NCBI GenBank assembly: GCA_947502765.1
Contig: CANNBA010000006.1
Coordinates: 38,861-102,860 of the forward strand
Length of the DNA: 64,000 bases
Origin: Flavobacteriales bacterium
GTDB lineage: Bacteria; Bacteroidota; Bacteroidia; Flavobacteriales; BACL11
Direction: 5' to 3'
This document shows positions 56,101 through 64,000 of the stretch, in pieces. How positions within the stretch are numbered: the first letter of the stretch is position 1; every line of letters starts with the position of its first letter. The translations under genes and the position numbers were made by a program. The notes under the pieces are model-generated. The model searched no databases. It worked only from the letters and a program-made list of their open reading frames with translations, and was not told the origin of the DNA.

Positions 56101-56460
56101 TTCACTAAAGAAGAAGAAATTACTGCTTTTATTGAAAGGCTAAACGATAGATTTGGCAATGTTCCTTCAACAATTTCTGATCTTTGTGATGCCCTTAGAT
56201 TAAGATGGCTAGCAAAACAAATTGGGTTTGAGCGTATCATCTTAAAAAACGACAGTATGCGTTCTTATTTTCCTTCACAAGCATATTCAAATTATTATAA
56301 CTCTGATTACTTCAAACTTGCATTAGAGTTTTTAAAACGAAATTTTAATAACTGTGAAATGATAGAAAAAAAAGGAAAACTATCTATGAGAGTAAAAAAC
56401 ATTCACTCCATTAAAGATGCTTTAAATACTTGCCAAGAAATTACCAAAGCGCCCTCTTAA
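53128..56460 (+). CDS. mfd: Transcription-repair coupling factor Mfd
   Basis: 1110 aa with a UvrB-homology N-terminus, an RNAP-interaction region (GDFVTHIDHGIGRF), a helicase core (GDVGFGKTEVA, DEEQKFG) and a TRG motif. Confidence 0.95.
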   Translation: MTLQAPLLTYFGEPKQTEAIKTALEKTQAKIQLTGLIGSSFSLTASAVVRESNSPHLFIFRDKEEASYFINDLENLLNNEVFFFPASYRRAYQVEETDNANILLRIEVLNKLNQKRNPIIITYSEALSEKVVSRKELKKHTIGLKIADKIEIDDLEEMLLHLNFEKVDFVIAAGQYSIRGGILDVYSFADEYPFRLEFFDTEIESIRTFDINTQLSINAENKITIIPNTKAKKSLDAQVSVLEYLPKNSIIWAKDIAYTKGILDDYFKRANEEHKRIEESTIQPLSPKNLFTNGYEFTSELENFSIIETHQQSFFKSDEKIEINTTSLTKINKQFDLLKEDLKKNQQEGLQNIILCSSDEQEERFNAIFKHSDEALIYQCILFSLHAGFIDYTNKQAIYTDHEIFDRHHKFKSKTKFIDNQAITIKQLNSLEIGDFVTHIDHGIGRFEGLHKIENHGKYQEVIKLTYKEGDILYISIHSLHKIAKYSGKEGLEPKINQLGSPIWKNAKEKTKTKVKQIAFNLIQLYAKRKLKKGFAYSPDTYLQHELEASFMYEDTTDQSKATADIKADMENEMPMDRLICGDVGFGKTEVAIRAAFKAVADNKQVAVLVPTTILALQHYKTFKKRFKHLPCTVDYINRFKTLKEQKETLTKLARGGIDILIGTHRIVGKDVKFLDLGLLIIDEEQKFGVNIKDKLKLFKENIDTLTLSATPIPRTLQFSLLGARDLSVINTPPPNRQSIETTIIGMHQETIRDAISYEISRNGQVYFVHNRIENIKEVAGLLQRLCPDAKIKVGHGQMDGKKLEELIIDFMEGDFDVLVSTTIIENGVDIPNVNTIIINNAQTFGLSDLHQMRGRVGRSNKKAFCYLISPPLHQLSEESRKRLIALEQFSTLGSGFKIAMRDLDIRGAGDLLGADQSGFINDIGFETYQKILNEAIEELKREKFQDLFEDEKEQFYVKDCQLDTDLEILIPDTYVSNISERLNLYKELNNFTKEEEITAFIERLNDRFGNVPSTISDLCDALRLRWLAKQIGFERIILKNDSMRSYFPSQAYSNYYNSDYFKLALEFLKRNFNNCEMIEKKGKLSMRVKNIHSIKDALNTCQEITKAPS

Positions 56461-56564
56461 TCAACAATAAAAACAACTTATTAACAATCTTTTTTTTTAG
56501 CTGCATTTCATTTAATCATCTTTTAAGATTTAAGTAAAATTGCATAAGGTCTTAAAAAAGAAAA

Positions 56565-58088
56565 ATGCCCCAAAAAAGAACAATAAAAAACGCTCTAATT
56601 TCTGTTTTTCACAAAGATGGATTAGCTCCAATTGTAAAAAAATTGAACGAATTAGGGGTAACTATATATTCCACAGGAGGTACGCAAAATTTTATTGAAG
56701 AGCAGGCAATAAGTGTAAATCGTATTGAAGACCTTACTACTTACCCCTCTATTTTAGGTGGCCGTGTAAAAACTTTACATCCCAATGTATTTGGTGGTAT
56801 TTTATCAAGACGAGAAATACAAGCTGATATAGAACAGTTAGAGCAATACAACATTCCAGAATTTGATTTAGTAATTGTTGATCTCTATCCCTTTGAAAAA
56901 ACAGTCGCAGCAGCAGCCTCTGAGCAAGACATCATTGAAAAAATAGATATCGGTGGGATTTCATTAATTCGAGCTGGTGCTAAAAACTTTAAAGATGTTT
57001 TGGTTGTTTCAGAAATGAGTCAATATCCTGAAATTTTAGAATTATTAAATCTTAATGGCGCCAGTACAACTATAGCGGAAAGAATGAAATTTGCAGCTAA
57101 TGCATTTGATGTTTCTTCTCATTATGACACTGCTATTTTCAATTACTTTCAAAGCGATAATACTGCAGTATTCAAAAAAAGTATTCGTAAAGCAAAAGCC
57201 TTGCGCTATGGAGAAAATCCTCATCAATCAGGATCTTTTTATGGAAATCTAGATGATATGTTTACTCAGCTAAATGGAAAGGAACTTTCTTATAATAATC
57301 TCTTAGATATTGATGCAGCTGTAAATTTAATTTCAGAATTTGATGAAACTACTTTTGCAGTTTTGAAACACAATAACGCTTGTGGCTTGGCTTGCCGACC
57401 AAAACTTATTGATGCATGGAAAGATGCCTTAGCTGGAGACCCAACATCAGCATTTGGAGGAGTACTCATCACCAATAAAGAAGTAGATTTAGAAACTGCA
57501 GAAGAAATAAATAAACTCTTTTATGAAGTATTAATTGCCCCATCATTTGCAAATGATGCCTTAGCACTTTTAAAAGCAACAAAAAAAAGAGTACTGCTAC
57601 AACAGAATAAAGTTATATTACCAAAAATACAATTCCGAACTGTATTAAATGGGGTATTACAGCAAGAAAAAGATTTAAAAAAAGATACCATTGCTGATAT
57701 GAAAACAGTAACAAAAATAGCACCAACTAATGAGCAGCTCACCGATTTGGTTTTTGCATCAAAGATCTGTAAACACACCAAATCAAATACCATTGTATTT
57801 GCAAAACGAAAGCAATTATTAGCAAGTGGTATAGGGCAAACATCAAGAGTGGACGCATTAAAACAAGGAGTAGATAAAGCTGCTATTTTTGGATTTAATT
57901 TAAATGGAAGCGTTATGGCATCAGACGCTTTTTTTCCTTTTGCTGATTGTGTAGAATTAGCAGGAAATGCAGGAATAAAAGCGGTAATACAGCCTGGGGG
58001 CTCAATAAAAGATCAATTGTCTATCGATTATTGCAACACTAAAAATATGGCAATGGTACTAACAGGAACAAGACATTTTAAACATTAA
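56565..58088 (+). CDS. purH: Bifunctional AICAR transformylase / IMP cyclohydrolase
   Basis: 507 aa with ALISVFHKDG (MGS-like domain), GRVKTLHP, and the C-terminal end GTRHFKH. Confidence 0.95.
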   Translation: MPQKRTIKNALISVFHKDGLAPIVKKLNELGVTIYSTGGTQNFIEEQAISVNRIEDLTTYPSILGGRVKTLHPNVFGGILSRREIQADIEQLEQYNIPEFDLVIVDLYPFEKTVAAAASEQDIIEKIDIGGISLIRAGAKNFKDVLVVSEMSQYPEILELLNLNGASTTIAERMKFAANAFDVSSHYDTAIFNYFQSDNTAVFKKSIRKAKALRYGENPHQSGSFYGNLDDMFTQLNGKELSYNNLLDIDAAVNLISEFDETTFAVLKHNNACGLACRPKLIDAWKDALAGDPTSAFGGVLITNKEVDLETAEEINKLFYEVLIAPSFANDALALLKATKKRVLLQQNKVILPKIQFRTVLNGVLQQEKDLKKDTIADMKTVTKIAPTNEQLTDLVFASKICKHTKSNTIVFAKRKQLLASGIGQTSRVDALKQGVDKAAIFGFNLNGSVMASDAFFPFADCVELAGNAGIKAVIQPGGSIKDQLSIDYCNTKNMAMVLTGTRHFKH

Positions 58089-58099
58089 AAATAAAAATT

Positions 58100-59122
58100 A
58101 TGGGATTTTTTGACTTTATGCAAGAGGCAATTGCTATTGATTTAGGAACTGCAAACACATTAATTATTCACAACGACAAAGTTGTTGTAGATGAACCATC
58201 AATTGTTGCTAGGAATATTAGGACCGGAGAAGTAGTTGCTATCGGCAAGAGAGCTCAACAAATGCACGGGAAAACTCATAAAGAAATAGAAACTTTACGA
58301 CCACTAAAAGATGGAGTAATTGCTGATTTCCAAGCATCTGAACAGATGATAAGAGGGTTTATTAAGATGCTAAACATTAAAAGCAGCATCTTTGCCCCAT
58401 CATTAAAAATGGTTGTTTGTATTCCATCAGGAGTAACTGAAGTAGAAAAAAGGGCCGTAATTGATTCAGCAGAACATGCAGGAGCAAAAGATGTTTGGCT
58501 AATATATGAGCCAATGGCTGCAGCAATTGGTATTGGCATTGATGTATTAGAACCAAAAGGAAATATGGTGATTGATATAGGTGGAGGGACAACTGAGATT
58601 GCCGTAATTTCATTAGGAGGTATTGTTTGTGACAAATCCATCAGAGTTGCTGGAGATAAATTAACTGCTGACATTCAGCATTATATGATAACAAGACACA
58701 ATATTGCTATTGGTGATATTATGGCCGAACAAATTAAAATTCATTGTGGATCGGCACTTACAGAATTAGAGGATCCACCACCAAACTATGCTGTACACGG
58801 TAGAGATTTAATGAGCGGAATACCAAAAGAAATAATTGTAACCTACAAAGAAATTGCAGGTGCATTAAATAACTCGATTGAACAAATTGAGGAAGCTATA
58901 ATGAGTGCCTTATTTAATACTCCCCCAGCATTATCTGCAGATATTTTTAATGAAGGGTTGTATTTAACCGGAGGAGGATCAATGCTTAGAGGTCTTGACA
59001 AAAGGATTTCTACAAAAACTAAATTACCAGTATATGTTGCTGAAGACCCTTTAAGAGCTGTAGCTAGAGGAACTGGCATTGCTCTTAAAAACACAGACAA
59101 GTATACATTCTTAATGCGATAG
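58100..59122 (+). CDS. mreB: Rod shape-determining protein MreB
   Basis: 340 aa with actin-fold motifs IDLGTANT, DIGGGTTE and LTGGGS. Confidence 0.95.
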   Translation: MGFFDFMQEAIAIDLGTANTLIIHNDKVVVDEPSIVARNIRTGEVVAIGKRAQQMHGKTHKEIETLRPLKDGVIADFQASEQMIRGFIKMLNIKSSIFAPSLKMVVCIPSGVTEVEKRAVIDSAEHAGAKDVWLIYEPMAAAIGIGIDVLEPKGNMVIDIGGGTTEIAVISLGGIVCDKSIRVAGDKLTADIQHYMITRHNIAIGDIMAEQIKIHCGSALTELEDPPPNYAVHGRDLMSGIPKEIIVTYKEIAGALNNSIEQIEEAIMSALFNTPPALSADIFNEGLYLTGGGSMLRGLDKRISTKTKLPVYVAEDPLRAVARGTGIALKNTDKYTFLMR

Positions 59123-59134
59123 TAAACAGTATTA

Positions 59135-59947
59135 ATGCATAATCTTTTACGATTTATAAAACTAAATCAGTTTCTATTATTATTTATCTTAATAGAGGGA
59201 TTGTCTGTTATCTTACTGCTTCAAAATAATAGTTATCAAGCTAATCGCACAATAAAATTTAGCATGCAATATACTAGCGCTTTTTATAATTATGCGAATT
59301 CTTTCTCTGATTACCTAGCACTAAAAGAAACAAATGATTATCTGATAGCAGAAAATGCCAAGCTACATGGATTAGTGCAAAATAATGAGTATTTTATTGA
59401 TTCAACCTTGTTTCAAGATAAAAACTTTAACTACATAGCGGCCAAAATCATAAATAATTCCGTAAAAAAACGTAATAATTTTATCACTCTAAATAAGGGG
59501 AGTAAAAATGGAATAAAAGAGGGAATGGGTGTTGTTTCAAATCAAGGAGCTATTGGTATTGTACACTCGGTAAGTGAAAATTACGCATTAGTTATGTCAC
59601 TTCTACATCATAAATCTGCCATTGGGATTTTCTTGAAGAAAAACAGCCATACTGGAATTTTAACATGGGAAGGATTTGATTATAGAACTGCCACAATTAG
59701 CGATTTACCAACACATATACCTCTTTATGTTGGTGATACAATAATCACTAATAGTTACAGTAATATATACCCTGAAGGGGTAACTATTGGAACTATAGTT
59801 GATTTTAAAAAAAATGAGGATGGTTTTTATACTATTAATGTGAATTTATTTGAAGATTTTAATAATTTTAGATACGTATATGTAATTCATTCTAAAGAAT
59901 CGGAAGAACAAAAACTACTTGAAAAAATAATAACTCAAAATGAATAA
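59135..59947 (+). CDS. mreC: Rod shape-determining protein MreC
   Basis: 270 aa with an N-terminal TM helix, a coiled coil (LIAENAKL) and beta-rich domains. It lies between mreB and mreD. Confidence 0.85.
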   Translation: MHNLLRFIKLNQFLLLFILIEGLSVILLLQNNSYQANRTIKFSMQYTSAFYNYANSFSDYLALKETNDYLIAENAKLHGLVQNNEYFIDSTLFQDKNFNYIAAKIINNSVKKRNNFITLNKGSKNGIKEGMGVVSNQGAIGIVHSVSENYALVMSLLHHKSAIGIFLKKNSHTGILTWEGFDYRTATISDLPTHIPLYVGDTIITNSYSNIYPEGVTIGTIVDFKKNEDGFYTINVNLFEDFNNFRYVYVIHSKESEEQKLLEKIITQNE

Positions 59948-60443
59948 GTACTACGCAAAATATCTTTGGTTACTACCATTATTCTTTTTACTGCAAGTAT
60001 TAGTTCTAAATGAAATTCTCTTTTTAACTTATATAAATCCTTATCTTTACTTAGCTCTAATTATAAGTTTGCCTTCTAAAACATCAAAATGGTTTCTACT
60101 AGTTTATGCTTTTATAATAGGGTTTTTTATCGATCTTTTTGGTGGCAGCTTAGGGTTTCACTCAACCGCAGCCGTTTTTATTGCTTTTATTAAGCCTGCT
60201 ATTTCAAAAATTACAATCCCTCTTAATGTCTTAGGAGATACTGACGAAATAACTTTGAATAAAGTTGGCAGTAAATCCTTTATTGTATTCTCATTACTGA
60301 TGATTCTAATACATAATACCATCTTATTTAGTTTAGAACACCTTCATTTTAATTTTCATATTTTAATCAAAATAATAGCGAGTAGTCTAGTTACATTAGT
60401 CCTTGTATTAATTTTAGAGGTCTTTAAGTCTTCTAAAAAATGA
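59940..60443 (+). CDS. mreD: Rod shape-determining protein MreD
   Basis: 167 aa with about five TM helices. It lies between mreC and mrdA and overlaps both neighbours. Confidence 0.7.
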   Translation: MNKYYAKYLWLLPLFFLLQVLVLNEILFLTYINPYLYLALIISLPSKTSKWFLLVYAFIIGFFIDLFGGSLGFHSTAAVFIAFIKPAISKITIPLNVLGDTDEITLNKVGSKSFIVFSLLMILIHNTILFSLEHLHFNFHILIKIIASSLVTLVLVLILEVFKSSKK

Positions 60444-62260
60444 TAAAATTCAAAAACCGATATGAGATAGTTGCTGGAATTATGCTACTAATTACAATTA
60501 TCTTTTTATCGAAACTATTTTACATACAAGTAGTGAATGACAACTACAAATTCTCTGCAAACAATAATGCATTGCGCTATGATGTACAGCAAGCCGTTAG
60601 AGGATTAATTTATGACAGAGATAGCAATCTGATTGTTGCTAATGTTCCTGCTTACGATTTAATGATAATTCCAAGAGAGTTAAAAGACAAAAAAATGGAT
60701 ACTCTTAAATTTTGTAACCTTGTTGAAATTACAAAAGAAACATTTATTGAAACCTACAAAAAGGCGGCAGAATATTCAACATATAAAGAAAGTGTATTTA
60801 TAAAACACCTTAGCAAAGAAAGCGCGAGTACTCTAGGAGAGAGTTTATATGAATTCCCAGGTTTTTATTTACAAAAACTTACTATGCGTGAGTATCCAAC
60901 CAACGCAGCCACGCATGTAATTGGATATTTAGGTGAAGTTAATTTACAAAAAACGGAAGAAGATAATTTTTATATTAAGGGAGATTTAACGGGAATGAGT
61001 GGGGTTGAAGCTGCTTATGAAGACAAGTTAAGAGGCGCTAAAGGAATGGCTATAAAGCTTGTTGATGTCCACAATAGAGATCAAGGAAAATTTCAAGAAG
61101 GAAAGTTTGATACCTCATCTATTGCTGGCAGTAGCCTAATTACAACTATTGATATTAAATTACAAGCATATGGCGAAGAGCTTATGAAAAATAAAATGGG
61201 AGCAATTGTAGCAATTGAGCCTTCCTCAGGAGAAATTCTAGCTTTAGTATCAGCTCCAACCTACAATCCTAATTTGTTAATCGGAAGAAAAAGATCAGAG
61301 AACTATAAAGTCCTTGCAGAAGATAAAAACAAACCACTTTTTAATAGGGCAATACAAGGAGCGTATCCACCTGGATCTACCTTTAAACTTATAAATGGGT
61401 TAATCGCTCTTCAAGAAGGAGCTATTACAGTAGATCAAAATTTTAGCTGTGCAGGAGAAAATGGCTATTTTTATGGAAAAAATAATAATGTTGGTTGTCA
61501 TCCACATCAAACCCCTGTAAGTCTTATAAAAGGAGTTGAAATTTCATGTAACGCCTATTTTTGTGCTATTTACAACAAATACTTTAACAAGTTTAAGTCC
61601 ACTATTGAAGCTTACGATACTTGGAATAAGCATCTTACTAGTTTTGGAATTGGTAATTATATGAATAATGACTTTATTACTGGATCGCCTGGATTTCTTC
61701 CAAAATCATCTTATTTTGAAAAACTATACAACAGCGGTTGGAATGTTAATACAATCATCTCTATGGCTATTGGTCAAGGAGAGTTATTACTCACTCCAAT
61801 ACAAATGGCTAACATGACTGCCATACTTGCAAATAGAGGATTTTACTACACTCCTCATATTGTAAAGCATATTTCAGGGCAAAAAGCAATTGATAACAAT
61901 TTTACAAAAAAGAAATATTGCACTATTGAACCAAAAAATTTTACTCCAATTATTGAAGGAATGAGACAAGTAATTGAAAGTGGGACTGGTCAAAAAGCAA
62001 AAATTCCTGGAATTGAAATTTGCGGAAAAACAGGTACTGCCCAAAATCCTCATGTTGAGGATCATTCTATTTTTATTGCTTTTGCCCCAATGCACAATCC
62101 AAAGATTGCTATTGCAGTTTATGTTGAAAATGGAGGATGGGGAGCTACTTGGGCTGTTCCAATTGCATCATTAATGATAGAAAAATATCTAAATGACACC
62201 ATTACAAATACAGTCCAAGAAGCCTTTATATTAAATGGAAATTTAATAGCAAAAGAATGA
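60440..62260 (+). CDS. mrdA: Penicillin-binding protein 2
   Basis: 606 aa with a TM anchor and the motifs SxxK (PGSTFK), SxN (SCN) and KTG (GKTGTA). Confidence 0.9.
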   Translation: MIKFKNRYEIVAGIMLLITIIFLSKLFYIQVVNDNYKFSANNNALRYDVQQAVRGLIYDRDSNLIVANVPAYDLMIIPRELKDKKMDTLKFCNLVEITKETFIETYKKAAEYSTYKESVFIKHLSKESASTLGESLYEFPGFYLQKLTMREYPTNAATHVIGYLGEVNLQKTEEDNFYIKGDLTGMSGVEAAYEDKLRGAKGMAIKLVDVHNRDQGKFQEGKFDTSSIAGSSLITTIDIKLQAYGEELMKNKMGAIVAIEPSSGEILALVSAPTYNPNLLIGRKRSENYKVLAEDKNKPLFNRAIQGAYPPGSTFKLINGLIALQEGAITVDQNFSCAGENGYFYGKNNNVGCHPHQTPVSLIKGVEISCNAYFCAIYNKYFNKFKSTIEAYDTWNKHLTSFGIGNYMNNDFITGSPGFLPKSSYFEKLYNSGWNVNTIISMAIGQGELLLTPIQMANMTAILANRGFYYTPHIVKHISGQKAIDNNFTKKKYCTIEPKNFTPIIEGMRQVIESGTGQKAKIPGIEICGKTGTAQNPHVEDHSIFIAFAPMHNPKIAIAVYVENGGWGATWAVPIASLMIEKYLNDTITNTVQEAFILNGNLIAKE

Positions 62261-63519
62261 GAATAGCAAAAAATATTTTTGACAATATTGATAAAATAAG
62301 CATTTTATTTTATGTATTGCTCGTATGCTTAGGATGGATAAGTATTTATGCTTCACAATATAATGACGACACCTCTTTTGCTCTTGATCTTACATCAAGA
62401 TATGGGAAGCAATTTCTTTTTATTATTGTTGCATTCTTTTGTGCTTTTTTAACCTTAATCATTGATTGGAAATTTTTCTATTCTCTGTCTTACGTTTTTT
62501 ACATTTGTATTATTCTGCTGCTGATTGGCGTACTCTTTAAAGGAAGTGTAACTGGAGGATCTATGTCCTGGTTCGAACTAGGTTCATTTAAATTTCAACC
62601 TTCAGAATTTGCCAAATTTACAACTGGACTTGCACTGGCTAAATATTATAACAATATTCATTTTAAAACAATTTCCTTACTAGATAAACTTAAAACTTAT
62701 GGAATAATACTACTTCCATTTCTGCTTATTGTTTTGCAAAATGACTTAGGTACTGCTCTAGTTTTTACTGCTTTTGTACTCGTTCTTTATCGTGAAGGTT
62801 TATCAGGAAATATTTTGATTTTTGGAATTATAATTGGTATTCTTTTTTTACTGACATTATTAGTAGAAAAATTACTGTTAACAAGTGTCTTTGGAGGAAT
62901 TATACTACTACTAATAATATTGTTGCGAAAAAAAAAGAAAGAGATTATTGTTCTGATAAGTATATTTATTATTTCCACTTCATTTATTTTTAGTGTTAAT
63001 TATATCTTTAATGAAATATTGGCTCCTCACCAAAAAACAAGAATTAATGTTTTGTTAGGCAAAGAAATTGACCCTCAAGGAGCGGGTTACAACTTAATAC
63101 AATCTAAAATTGCAATTGGAAGTGGGGGTTTTTTTGGAAAAGGGTTTTTAAAAGGAACTCAAACGCGATTTGATTTTGTGCCTGAACAAAGTACAGATTT
63201 TATTTTCTGTACTATTGGAGAGGAATGGGGATTTTTAGGTAGTCTTTTTTTTATGATTTTATATATTGGATTGCTTTTGCGAGTCCTTTTTTTAGCTGAA
63301 AGGCAAAAAAACAATTTCAGTAGAATCTACGGCTATAGTGTTGCAACTATCCTTTTTATGCACTTTTGTATTAATATAGGTATGACAATTGGATTACTTC
63401 CTGTAATTGGAATTCCTTTACCATTTATTAGTTATGGAGGGTCCTCTTTAGTTGGATTTACGATCTTACTTTTTATTTTTTTAAACCTAGATTCTTACCG
63501 CCTACAGATTTTAAGATAA
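62257..63519 (+). CDS. rodA: Rod shape-determining protein RodA (SEDS family)
   Basis: 420 aa polytopic protein with FQPSEFAK and PE..TDFIF SEDS motifs. It lies immediately after mrdA. Confidence 0.9.
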   Translation: MRIAKNIFDNIDKISILFYVLLVCLGWISIYASQYNDDTSFALDLTSRYGKQFLFIIVAFFCAFLTLIIDWKFFYSLSYVFYICIILLLIGVLFKGSVTGGSMSWFELGSFKFQPSEFAKFTTGLALAKYYNNIHFKTISLLDKLKTYGIILLPFLLIVLQNDLGTALVFTAFVLVLYREGLSGNILIFGIIIGILFLLTLLVEKLLLTSVFGGIILLLIILLRKKKKEIIVLISIFIISTSFIFSVNYIFNEILAPHQKTRINVLLGKEIDPQGAGYNLIQSKIAIGSGGFFGKGFLKGTQTRFDFVPEQSTDFIFCTIGEEWGFLGSLFFMILYIGLLLRVLFLAERQKNNFSRIYGYSVATILFMHFCINIGMTIGLLPVIGIPLPFISYGGSSLVGFTILLFIFLNLDSYRLQILR

Positions 63520-63550
63520 AAAAAGCCCATCATTTCTGATGAGCTTTTTT
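63518..63550. terminator. Bidirectional rho-independent terminator between the convergent rodA and PpiD-like genes
   Basis: Stem AGCCCAUCA/UGAUGAGCU pairs 8 of 9 positions (the mismatch becomes G-U on the minus strand) with loop UUUC. It is flanked by A7 and T6. Confidence 0.8.
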
Positions 63551-63566
63551 AAATTTCATATTTTTC

Positions 63567-64000
63567 TTAATAAAAATCTACTCTATTATCTTGCACATCA
63601 GCAGCTTTTTTTAATGCATTGTATGATGCATTATTTGCATAAGAACTTGCCTGTGTTTGCATATTTAATTTTTGTACCCCAAAATCTGCTTGTGATGTTG
63701 CCTTATCAATAGCAGTAACTTGAACAACATAGACCCCATTTCTACCTGAAATAGGAGATGAAACGGCACCTACCTTATTTGCAAAAATACCACCAACTAA
63801 TTCTGGCTCATAGCCAATGCCTTCTAGGTTTAAATTTGCAAATGTAGTTTTTTGACCACTCACAACTGAAATGTCATTTGCGCTAGCAATTGAAGCTAAA
63901 TCAGAAGTTTTAATGCTTTTTGAAATTTTTGAAGCTTTCTTTTCTTTTATGACCAAAGCGGTAATTTGTTCTTTGATGTCCTCTAATTCTGGGACTCCTT
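63567..64000 (-). CDS. PpiD/SurA-like peptidyl-prolyl isomerase (C-terminal part only; the gene continues beyond the right edge)
   Basis: The frame is open from nt 64000 to the stop at 63567; the track 'M' at 63956 is an internal TTG codon. The C-terminal ...AADVQDNRVDFY resembles the tail I recall for Bacteroidota PpiD-like proteins. Confidence 0.6.
   Translation of the reverse strand, partial: GVPELEDIKEQITALVIKEKKASKISKSIKTSDLASIASANDISVVSGQKTTFANLNLEGIGYEPELVGGIFANKVGAVSSPISGRNGVYVVQVTAIDKATSQADFGVQKLNMQTQASSYANNASYNALKKAADVQDNRVDFY

Noticed and set aside
1-64000. A search by eye for tRNA/rRNA genes, CRISPR repeats, IS elements or transposases, integrases, phage genes, toxin-antitoxin pairs and restriction-modification or other defence genes.
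   Set aside because: I found none. All intergenic gaps longer than 100 bp were read on both strands. No GTTCGAATC-like T-arm occurs outside coding sequence, there are no spaced direct repeats, and there are no recombinase motifs. No defence system can be supported from this window.

Overview
This is an AT-rich, tightly packed chromosomal segment that looks like a Flavobacteriia-class Bacteroidota genome. The taxon call rests on gldB/gldC and gldD/gldE gliding-motility genes in the mutY-ssb-gldE-gldD arrangement known from Flavobacterium johnsoniae, a T9SS-type C-terminal sorting tail on an M43 protease, and many exact TAnnTTTG promoter boxes. All family calls come from motifs and synteny I recognise by eye; no database search was possible. 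I support about 66 coding regions, most of them housekeeping. They include the start of the dcw cluster (mraZ-rsmH-ftsL-ftsI), engB, nadE, lnt, pssA, purS, lptB, tatC, kpsF, recQ, serS, rplU-rpmA, ssb, mutY, hup, rng, recX, prfB, fumC, feoAB, mlaEF-like, rsmA, mgtE, lysC, a PPi-type pfk, mfd, purH and mreBCD-mrdA-rodA. There is also a crtD/cruF-like/lycopene-cyclase carotenoid trio. I found no tRNA, rRNA, CRISPR array, transposase or integrase. The only clearly accessory stretch is about 34.2-37.1 kb, between fumC and a GDP-mannose pyrophosphorylase gene. It holds a co-directional set of family-less secreted or lipoprotein genes that share three modules: a ~23-aa two-Cys repeat, a BamE-like small domain, and Lys/Ala/Glu tails encoded by perfect tandem DNA repeats. 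One of these genes is split by a single in-frame TGA inside a conserved domain, with a hairpin just downstream. Other items worth a second look are three unlisted small ORFs (a 29-aa hyper-basic bS22-like peptide, a 41-aa CxxC lipoprotein upstream of feoAB, and a 33-aa repeat peptide), a three-fold 10-bp-phased GTGGGG operator upstream of mraZ, and consensus promoter boxes sitting 3-5 nt from start codons, which predicts leaderless mRNAs.
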